In this document: positions 24,815 to 38,172 of the stretch, one piece after another
How the letters are laid out: each line of letters starts with the position of its first letter
Numbering within the stretch: the stretch's first letter is position 1
Assembly (NCBI GenBank): GCA_964016885.1
Contig: OZ024743.1
Location: forward strand, 65,100,001 to 65,164,000
Direction of reading: 5' to 3'
Origin: Eledone cirrhosa
Taxonomy: Eukaryota
Length of the DNA stretch: 64,000 bases
The notes under the pieces: model-generated
The model's input: the letters and a program-made list of their open reading frames with translations, nothing else
What the model was told of the DNA's origin: nothing
Databases searched by the model: none
Position numbers and translations under genes: made by a program

Positions 24815-25002
24815 ATAGGAGTTTGGTGTTTGTAATAACCAAGCTATCATACTTCAAACACAAACTGTAAAGATTTACCAGGGTTTAAATGATATTGTAT
24901 AAAATTTCATGCATACTTCAGGAAATATTTATATATATCACAAATTTCATATAGAAATGGCTTCTACAGTACTAGAACTGTTTCATTCAAAGGAAATCAT
25001 CA
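24815..25002 (-). mobile_element. Penelope pLTR fragment with a truncated hammerhead
   Basis: Minus strand TGATGATTTCCTTTGAATGAAACAGTTCTAGTACTGTAGAAG is nearly the same as the ribozyme at 49042-49092, and is cut by (TA)n at the core. Confidence 0.65.
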
Positions 25003-25222
25003 ATATATATATATATGTATTATATTATATATATTTGTATTTATCGTTGTTATAAACTATGGCTACATACATTTGGTCATTTTATTCATGGTGTCACATT
25101 CTCTTAACTTTGTGTTTAGAACTTTTAGCACCATCGAGTGCTTTGTGATTGCCTCAAACAATTGGATTGGTATCAGCTCTACTGCAGCTACAACTTTTAT
25201 TTATACCAAATATATATATTGT

Positions 25223-25706
25223 TCATCATCATCATCATCATTGTTTAACGTCCGTCTTCCACGCTAGCATGGGTAGGATGGGCTATCCCTTTGTGAGTGA
25301 TAAGGTCGGGGGACCATGATTTGCTCACACAGAACTGATTTGGCTTGGTTTCTATGGCTGCATGCCCTTCTTAACACCAACCACATTTACAGTGTGGGCT
25401 GGGTGCCTTTTGCCGTGTCACCTACATGACCACTTTACAGCGTGCACTGGGTGCTTTTTGCCATGTCACCTACACGGCCACTTAACAATGTGGACTGGGT
25501 GCTTTTTGTCATGACACCTACACGACCACTTTACAGCGTGGACTAGGTGCTTTTTGTCATGACACCTACATGACCACTTTACAGCGTGGACTGGGTGCTT
25601 TTTGTCATGACACCTACATGACCACTATAGTGGGCTTGGATTATTCTGACGTTGCTCCAGGGGGGGGGGGACCACTTTATAGAGGAGGGGTGGGGAAAAG
25701 CATGTT

Positions 25707-25710
<4 letters not shown>
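25223..25710 (-). mobile_element. RTE 3' UTR fragment with five 48-bp tandem units
   Basis: (CAT)n tail, TTTAACGTCCGTCTTCCACGCTAGCATGGG, and (G/A)GGTGCTTTTTG at 25449, 25497, 25545 and 25593. Confidence 0.88.
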
Positions 25711-25750
<40 letters not shown>

Positions 25751-25753
<3 letters not shown>

Positions 25754-27475
25754 CATTATCACTGTTTAATGTCCATTTTTCCATCTAGCATGGGTTAGAT
25801 GAGTTTTCTTGTGAGCAATGCCAGGTCAGGTGACCATGTCTTGCTCGGACAAAACTGTTTTTGGCTTGGTTTTTACAGCTGGATGCCCTTCCTAATGCCA
25901 ACCTCACTGAGTACTGGGTGCTTTTTGTTGTGACTCCTACATGACCACTTTACAGTGTGGGCTGGGTACTTTTGTGTTGTGACACTTACACAATCACTTT
26001 ACAGCGTGGGATGTGTGCTTTTTTGCTGTGACACTTACACAATCACTTTACAGCGTGGGATGTGTGCTTTTTTTGCTGTGACACTTACACAATCACTTTA
26101 CAGTATGGGCTGGGTGCTTTTTTGCTGTGTTGCCATTACAATCATTTTACAGTGTGGGCTTGGTGCTTTTTGTCATGTAGCCATCACGATCACTTTACAG
26201 TGTGGGCTGGAGGCTTCACTGAATATATACTACAGTCTGTCCTCAGGAGAGATATATGGGAGGGTGGGGTGGTGGGGTGAACGCTAGTTTCTCTCTCAGT
26301 TTATGCTTTGCCGTTCACATAAATTACTATTACAGATCCAGTGGAGCATGCAAGCTTCATTTCTTTTCAACCTACACAAGTCTTCTGCACACAGCACTCA
26401 GGTTTCACTACCATGTAACATTGCTGTTCGTATGCACGCATCATACAGTTTGCCTTTCATCTTGAGGGGAAATACTTTGGTAGCTAGCAGTGGTAGTAGT
26501 ACTCTGTACTTATTCCATCCCATTCTCACTCTGGCTATTGCACTTTCAGAACACCCACCCCTGCTGCTAATTTGGTAGTGGAAGCTGTATACTGTGTCTA
26601 CCGAACCTTCCAGGAATTTGGTAGTGCTTGTTTCCTGTGGCTGCTTGCTGCCCTGATGTAGTGACTACATGTAAAACCAACATTTTTAGCTAAACTTCTC
26701 GAGATCCCACTACATCTCTTGTATACCCATAGTTTGCAATTGGGGCAGAGGATGGAATTTCTACCTACACCTTTCCTACATACTGAGTAAGGCCATTTTT
26801 CCTGAGGGGATCAGAATTCTGTTTTCTCTTCTACTTAATAGGACCTTAGTTTTTGTCAGGTTGACTTTAAGACCCCTTCTTTCTAGGCCTTGCTTCCATG
26901 TTTGGAATTTCTTCTCTAGTTCCACCATAGACTCTGCTGTGACTGTATCATCCACGTACAGGAGTTCCCATGGGCAGCTGGTCTTAAATTCTGCTGTTGC
27001 CTGCAGTATGATAATAAACAGGAGAGGGCTAAGGATAGAGCCCTTGTGGATGCCAGCCTGCACGCTAACTTCCTCGCTAGTCATTGTTAATCCTAACTTT
27101 GCTGACTGCTCCCCTATACATGGTTTGTACAGCCTTCAGAAGCCACTAATCTACTCCTAGTTTTCTGAGAGCCCACCAGATTATGGCACAGGGCATTCTG
27201 CTAAAAGCCTTCCAGATCAACAAATGCTAGGTAGACCGGCTTACTTTTAGCTAGGTACTTTTCCTTAGCTACTTCACCAGAAAGAGAACATCTATGGTGT
27301 TTTTACCGCGCACAAATCGGAACTGCATCTCATCTAGATTTACTCGGTCCCTAATCAACTGTGCTATAACTCTTTCTGTTACTTTCATGACTTGGTCCAT
27401 CAGTTTTATACCTCTATAGTTTCCTCTATCTAGTGCATCTCCCTTACCTTGTAACAGTTGACAATGATGCTGCTG

Positions 27476-27477
<2 letters not shown>
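25751..27477 (-). mobile_element. 5'-truncated, decayed RTE LINE
   Basis: RT remnants KGDALDRGNYRGIKLMDQ, GSILSPLLFII and PWELLYVDD, with frameshifts and an internal deletion. The 3' UTR has about seven 49-bp units. Confidence 0.92.
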
Positions 27478-27528
<51 letters not shown>

Positions 27529-27608
27529 CACATATATATATATGTAAATAAATATATATAAATGTTCCTGAAGTAAAGTTTAGATCCTATATTTGTATTT
27601 AACTCTTG

Positions 27609-27663
27609 TAATAACTTTGAAGATTCCTGCCTTGTACTAGGATGAAATGGTCGTTAGTTATTA
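27609..27663 (+). ncRNA. Degenerate type I hammerhead in a solo Penelope pLTR fragment
   Basis: Stem I TAATAACT/AGTTATTA, core TTGAAGA, stem II TCCT...AGGA, then GAAA and TGGTCG-TT. Confidence 0.6.
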
Positions 27664-27717
27664 AATGTTTGAAAGATTAAATACTCTTTGATTATTATTT
27701 ACATTGTACACACACAC

Positions 27718-30800
<3,083 letters not shown>

Positions 30801-31431
30801 AATGTTACTAGGTAGTCGCATTGGATGGAGTCAACCGACTGCTGTCACGGGTGGGACCGATCCGGTTGACCACCGAGTCTATTGTAACGATCAAGCCGCC
30901 TCCTCTCTTCAAAAACGAAGGAGAGGCGGTGTTTCTGTGCGTAATAGCCATGGCGAAAGAGGTTGTATGGTGGACGCGTCTGAGAGGACTGAGGTCAGAC
31001 ACCTTTCTCTCTGGCCAACAACTGGTCCGTTTCTTCCGATATCATTTCGGAAGAAGGATCAGGATGGAGAGAGAGGTGCTGCACCCCAGCCGTTTCTATG
31101 AAAGATGGGTGAAAGTGTCGAGAATGGCCCGTGTGAATGGGACTTCACTCTACATCAGACTGTAGGTGAGAAAGATGAAAGATCAAGGGAGCACCGTCTC
31201 TCTGTGCTCCTGAGGAGAAGGGTTGCACACTTTTTTCGGGGGTGTGTGCGACCCTCCAAGGTGCCTCCTCCCTATTGAGGATTTTGTTATTTAATTTATT
31301 TTTGTTATATTTTATATTTTATATTTTTATATTTTGTTATTGCCACCTCCTTATTGAGGAGGCCTTTTATGTAAACTCCCCCCATTGTACTTGTCCCACT
31401 CTTTGGTGCCCTGGTGGTAAATAAAAAGAAA
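30801..31431 (+). mobile_element. 3' fragment of an L1/Tx1-type LINE
   Basis: ORF 30821-31165 with AKEVVWWTR...FYERW resembles L1/Tx1 ORF2 C-termini. The T-rich 3' UTR ends GGTAAATAAAAAGAAAG. Confidence 0.65.
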
Positions 31432-31435
31432 GTTA

Positions 31436-31469
31436 TCTATATATATATAAGTAAATATCTATCTATCTA

Positions 31470-31536
<67 letters not shown>

Positions 31537-31744
31537 CTATCTATATATATATTTATATATAAGTAAATATATAATATATATATATATATTTATATATAAG
31601 TAAATATATATATATATACATATATATAAGTAAATATATATATATATACATATATATAAGTAAATATATATATATATATATATATACATACATATATATA
31701 TAAATATATATCTATCTATCTATATATATATATTTATATATAAG

Positions 31745-31780
<36 letters not shown>

Positions 31781-31976
31781 CATATATATATAAATATATA
31801 TCTATCTATCTATATATATATATTTATATATAAGTAAATATATATATATATATACATACATATATATATAAATATATAAGTAAATATATATATATATATA
31901 CATACATATATATATATATAAATATATATACGTACATATAAGTAAATATATATATATATACATATATATATATAAG

Positions 31977-32018
<42 letters not shown>

Positions 32019-32057
32019 TAAATATATATATATATAAGTAAATATATATATATATAA

Positions 32058-32122
<65 letters not shown>

Positions 32123-32171
32123 CATACATATATATATACATATATATATATATATTTATATATATATATAC

Positions 32172-32202
<31 letters not shown>

Positions 32203-32289
32203 CATACATATATATATACATATATATATATATATTTATATATATATATACATATATATATACACATATATATATATATATATACATAC

Positions 32290-32322
<33 letters not shown>

Positions 32323-32349
32323 CATATATATATACATATATATATATAT

Positions 32350-32410
<61 letters not shown>
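31436..32410. repeat. Compound (TA)n microsatellite with TAAGTAAA and TACA interruptions
   Basis: Direct inspection. Source of spurious YI-repeat ORFs. Confidence 0.97.
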
Positions 32411-32413
<3 letters not shown>

Positions 32414-32783
32414 AGGATGAATATAAAATGAAAGTGCTTTTGTTAAAAAAGGAATTTATTAGGTATTGACATATGTTTCTGTAACAGACCGAATACCTAT
32501 GTATCGCTGCTTGCGTAATCATATAATGTTAGCAAGTATTCGATAGCAAATGTATAATCAGTTGTCACTTCTTCAGAGATTTTGGATAAATTGGATAAAA
32601 TCAGGGGTAACACTCATGAAGCAATAAGATGGTTTAATAACATTACTGATAAGAAAAAAATCAAAATTTATTCAGTTTGATATTGATGAATATTATTCCT
32701 CAATTTCACCTGATACTCTACATGAAGCTCTTTCGTTCGCTAAGGATAATTCCGACCTTACGGATGCTGAAATTAAAATTATT

Positions 32784-34241
32784 TTGGAAGCGAGGAAAAC
32801 TATAGTTAAATTCGATGATAGCTACTGGGTTCGCAAAGATAGACCTTCTAATTTTGATATCACTATGGGTTCTAATGATTCGGCGGAAGTAACAGATCTT
32901 GTGGGAATTTATATCACCCACAGATTACAAGGAAAATTCAAGGATCTCCACGGTGGAATCTACCGTGACGATGCGCTCCTATTAGTTAAGCATATGAATA
33001 ACCAGAATTTAGAAAGGATGCGTAAAAATATCAGAAAGCTTTTTAAGGAACTAGGATTAAATATTACATTTGAATATAACCTCAAAGAGGTCAATTTCCT
33101 TGATGTTACTTTCAATCTCAATACAGATACGATTAAACCGTTCCATAAACTAAATGAGAACCTTAAATATGTAAATACGAGTTCTAACCATCCACTCTCT
33201 ATAATTAAATCCATCCCTAGAAATGTTTCTCTTAGGATCTCCCGCCTGTCGTCCAACCAACAAACCTTCAAAGAACATGCCGAGTATTATGATGATGCAC
33301 TTAGGAAAGCCGGTCACCTAGATAATATAGAGTATATAGTCAAAGATCACCAAAACACCCAAAATAAATCACATAGGAGTAGAAATAGCACAGAATCACC
33401 ACCATACATACACTACCGCAATAAACACAATAATAGTCGCACACCACCAAACAGAAGGCGATGTAAGGAGTATATTTGGTACAACCCGGTCTATAACAAC
33501 TCTATTAAAACCAATCTACCCTCAAAATTCTTTCGATTAGTTAAAAAACACTTTCCAACATCACATAAATATAATAAAATCTTAAACCCTAACACTATTC
33601 GACTTTCATATTCAACCGCCCCTAATATTGAACAACATATAAAAAAGCTTAACGCAAAACGGTTGTATAAACGCCTTCCAACACATAACAATACACGTAA
33701 AACATTAGCTATAACATCACAAAACAACAAACAACATCCTGTCCTACATAAGCAACCTCATCAACCCATCCATGGCAATACAACAACGCAAAATTATAAT
33801 TGCAACTGTGTCCAACCAGGAATGTGTCCGTTGAACAATCGGTGTCTTGAACGCAACATCGTATACAAATGTACTATCGAATCGGATAGACAGAAGTGGT
33901 ACTATGTGGGATCTACAGCCACCTCCTTCAAATCACGCCTTTATAGACATCGTTACTCGATAAAACATGAAAACCAGCGTTATGTAACAACACTCGCAGA
34001 CAAGGCTTGGCAGCTGCGTGAAAATAACCAACAATTTCACCTAAAATGGGATATAATAGCGGCTGCCCCCCCCCCCCCCCCATATTCCCATGGACAGGAA
34101 TTTTGTAAATTATGTAATGTAGAATTATTTTGTATTATGAAATCCAAAAACATTTTATTAAATAACAGAATAGAGCGATCGTTATACTGTAACCATCGCT
34201 TAAAATCTACATTTTCATATTATAAATACTACCAGGATTGA
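32784..34241 (+). CDS. Penelope RT (C-terminal part) plus GIY-YIG endonuclease, lacking its N-terminus
   Basis: MGSNDSAEVTDLVG, GGIYRDD, VNFLDVTF, IWYNP, CNC..CPL..C, NIVY..YYVGST..FKSR and CKLC..E. Confidence 0.85.
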   Translation: MEARKTIVKFDDSYWVRKDRPSNFDITMGSNDSAEVTDLVGIYITHRLQGKFKDLHGGIYRDDALLLVKHMNNQNLERMRKNIRKLFKELGLNITFEYNLKEVNFLDVTFNLNTDTIKPFHKLNENLKYVNTSSNHPLSIIKSIPRNVSLRISRLSSNQQTFKEHAEYYDDALRKAGHLDNIEYIVKDHQNTQNKSHRSRNSTESPPYIHYRNKHNNSRTPPNRRRCKEYIWYNPVYNNSIKTNLPSKFFRLVKKHFPTSHKYNKILNPNTIRLSYSTAPNIEQHIKKLNAKRLYKRLPTHNNTRKTLAITSQNNKQHPVLHKQPHQPIHGNTTTQNYNCNCVQPGMCPLNNRCLERNIVYKCTIESDRQKWYYVGSTATSFKSRLYRHRYSIKHENQRYVTTLADKAWQLRENNQQFHLKWDIIAAAPPPPPYSHGQEFCKLCNVELFCIMKSKNILLNNRIERSLYCNHRLKSTFSYYKYYQD

Positions 34242-34714
34242 ACGCCTGTCTCTATCCCAGTTTGATTGTCAAAATAGATATTAACATTCTTTATTAGTCT
34301 TAATTCTATCAACTCTTCTATTATTTACCTTTTAATACAAACTGCTATAGATAAAATGAGATTTCTGATTTCTTGATTCAATTCCCTAATGCATATACCA
34401 GCTGGCTACTAGCATTGATGTTATTTAGTAGCAATCGAAATCTCCCCCTTCCCCAATTGACACTTTATAATTAATACTACTGCACCAAATGACCAGCCCT
34501 GTCCACTGTCCAGTTGGTCAAGTAGAGATTAAAATTGGCACTCCCAAAATTCTTATTTAGATTTACTCATGGTATTCTCATTAGAAACCCATTATATACT
34601 TGTTTAGCAGTAAATTAATTTACCATCTGTCATATACTATCCCCTCTGTTCCTTCCTCTTTTACTAATATAAATACTTCAATTTTTCTGATTTTATCCAA
34701 TTTATCCAAAATCT

Positions 34715-34831
34715 CTGAAGAAGTGACAACTGATTATACATTTGCTATCGAATACTTGCTAACATTATATGATTACGCAAGCAGCGATACCTAGGTATTC
34801 GGTCTGTTACAGAAACATATGTCAATACCTA
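34715..34831 (+). ncRNA. Hammerhead-like motif with 90-nt stem II and no canonical stem I (inverted copy at about 32460-32576)
   Basis: CTGAAGA at 34715, GTGACA-ACTGA pairs with TCGGT-C-TGTTAC, GAAAC-ATAT-GTC at 34812-34823. Confidence 0.6.
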
Positions 34832-35000
34832 ATAAATTCCTTTTTTAACAAAAGCACTTTCATTTTATATTCATCCTTTCTACATTTTCTCCGGAATATA
34901 ATTTATACTCGTTGAGCAAACCTGCACGTACGCTGTTCATCTCTAACGTAACGATATATTATCACTACATTATTGATAACCTGAAATTTTATATATATAG

Positions 35001-35055
<55 letters not shown>

Positions 35056-35058
<3 letters not shown>

Positions 35059-36686
35059 GTTTGAATATGTATAATAAAGCCAAAACAATGCAGGTATGGA
35101 CATAGAAAAAAAGAATGCAATTGCAAAAGATATTGTTGACAATTTGTCTTTTACCTTAGATTTATTTTAAACGTCCTTAATTTTCGAGATAATATCTCTT
35201 CTTCAGAGGGAAATAAAGGTCTCAAACCAGCGTTCTAAATATCTTGCCAAGCCATGCTGACAGGAAATAGTATAGAGTATCTGTTCTATCTCTAATGTCA
35301 AAGAGTTAAAATTAGGTGGATAAAGAGCGGTCTCCCTTTAAAAGGGGTTTGTTTAGGGTTTTTTTTTTTTATATACATGCCTGTTTAAGTGTGTGGGAGA
35401 ATGCATGAAGGTGTAAGTATGTGAGTGTGTGTGTGTGAGTGTGAGAAGATAAGTCTATTCGTAAATGTGGGGGATAGGTGTTATCTGGTGTTAGAACTGG
35501 TTTTGTGTGTGTATGTGTGAGAGAGAATAAGTGGAGGTGTAAGCGTGTGTGTGCGTGTGTGTGTATGGGGTGTGTAAATATGGGGCTAGAAGCCCTATCA
35601 GGTTATAAATTGGGTGTTGAGTTCTAGTCTATTATTGATAGGTGGTTGTGTTTTATCTATAATTAGTGCTTCCTTAATTCTAAGATTGCCGAGGTTTCTT
35701 TCTTTAGTTTCTATCCTAACTGTTATGGTTTTGTCGGTGTTTTTGCATTTAACTAGGTGTTTCTTAAATGAGGAAGCGTTAGTATTGAGGTGTTCTTTTA
35801 TTCTTATGTGGAGTGGTCTGGTGGTGCTACCTACGTAGAAGTTGTTGCATTTGTCACACTCTAGTCTGTATACGACGTAAGCCTGGTGGCATAGGTCTGT
35901 GTCGTTGATGGGGCAGTTGGCTAATCTGCAGCAGTTGTCATGTCTGGTGGAGTGTCTTTTGGCTAGCTGTCCGCGCAGAGAAGGACCTGAGTGGGCCAGT
36001 TGGATATCTAGTCCTTCTCGTCTGATGGCTCTGCGGATGGCTGTTGTTGTTTCTTCACTGAAGTGTGGGAGCTTCAGGAAGCAAGTGTTAGTGCCTCGGG
36101 TGTGGTGTCCTCTGTTCTTTCTGGCACGGTTTGTGGTGGATGTCGTGTATCCGTTCAGTTTGAGTACTTCCAGGAAATGTGTGGTGTGTGTGTCTCGGTC
36201 TCTAGCGTCGGTGCATTTGATCCGGATACGTGCCAGTTCGTTCCTTATGTATCCGAACTTGGTACCGAGTGGGAGGGCCGATCTGAAATGTACGAACAGG
36301 TCCCTGCTGGCGGCTTTTTTATAGAAGCAGGTGTGGATGTTGCCTTCCTCTGTTACCCTGAGTTGGAAGTCCAGTAGGGATAGGGATCCGCGGTCATCGG
36401 GGTGTTCCATGCTGAACTTTATACTGGCGTCCATGCTGGAGAATGTTGTGTATATTTTATCTGCCTCCTCACGAGATGATGTGAGGATGAGTATGTCATC
36501 TACATATCGGGTGAAGAAGGCATGGGAATGGCAGGTATTGAGGGCTCGGCATTCTAGCTGGTTCATGTAGGTGATGGCCAGCAGGCCCGATAGGCTGGAT
36601 CCCATGGGTAATCCTGTTGTCTGTCTGTATGTGTGGTGGTGGAAGGTGAAGTACGTGTTGTCTACTGTGAAGGACAAAAGCTGGTT
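35056..36686 (-). mobile_element. Penelope-like element (Penelope/Poseidon-type), 5'-truncated
   Basis: Open 359-aa frame 35598-36677 with [21 protein letters not shown] and VVYRLEC..C..FYVGSTTR.L..RIKEH. Confidence 0.93.
35174..35211 (-). ncRNA. Minimal hammerhead ribozyme
   Basis: TCCCT-CTGAAGA-A-GAGAT(ATT)ATCTC-GAAA-ATTA-AGGA, with palindromic AATT stem III. AATAAA follows. Confidence 0.65.
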
Positions 36687-36717
36687 TTATGTCCGTCGGG
36701 TGGAGGCCGTAGCAGTG

Positions 36718-37425
<708 letters not shown>

Positions 37426-37751
37426 CAAAACATGTCTATAGAATCACAAGATAAAATATATACTATTTCCTCTCCCCTTAAATGTATTCTATTTTCTCCT
37501 AGTTTATTTTACACCTAATTCTGTTTAGTTGACTATATCTGGGCGATTACGCTGACGAAATATTCGATAAATATTCCGCTACGGCCGACGCAAAGCGCTA
37601 GTTTCGGTTATTTGTCGGAGATTTCTTCATAGAAGCCTCATTCTTATAGCCTGGTCTATTCGATTTTTTATATGGTTAGTTATGCTAATTGGGAGAGGAA
37701 ATAGTATATAGTATATATTTTATCTTGTGATTCTATAGAGATGTTTTATGA
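37426..37751. mobile_element. MITE-like foldback element with ~50-bp terminal inverted repeats
   Basis: AAAACATGTCTATAGAATCACAAGATAAAATATATACTATTTCCTCTCCC is mirrored at 37691-37747 and flanked by TA runs. Confidence 0.75.
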
Positions 37752-37819
37752 TATATAGCTCTGATTGTTTAATTTATTAATTTTTCATTGAGCCACAAAG
37801 TGACCAGTTGCAAAACACG

Positions 37820-37889
37820 TATATGTATATGTAGGTATATATATATGTAAACTTTTATATATATATATACATATATATATATAAGTAAA

Positions 37890-37921
<32 letters not shown>

Positions 37922-37926
37922 AGTAA

Positions 37927-37959
<33 letters not shown>

Positions 37960-38026
37960 TATATAAGTAAATATATATATATATACACACATACATATAT
38001 ATATATAAGTAAATATATATATATAT

Positions 38027-38067
<41 letters not shown>

Positions 38068-38172
38068 TATATATATATATACACATACATATATATATAT
38101 AAGTATATATATATATATACACACATATATATATATATATATATAAGTAAATATATATATATATATATATAT
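37820..38172. repeat. Compound (TA)n/TAAGTAAA microsatellite
   Basis: Direct inspection. Confidence 0.95.

Larger units (their letters stand above)
32409..34990 (+). mobile_element. Penelope-like element B (Nematis-type), 5'-truncated, with inverted 5' pLTR
   Basis: 32409-32603 is the reverse complement of about 34686-34882. Uninterrupted RT + GIY-YIG ORF at 32784-34241. Confidence 0.95.

Noticed and set aside
24885-24932. Second hammerhead-like motif on the minus strand (CTGAAGTATGCATGAAA)
   Set aside because: Core mismatch and unconvincing stems.
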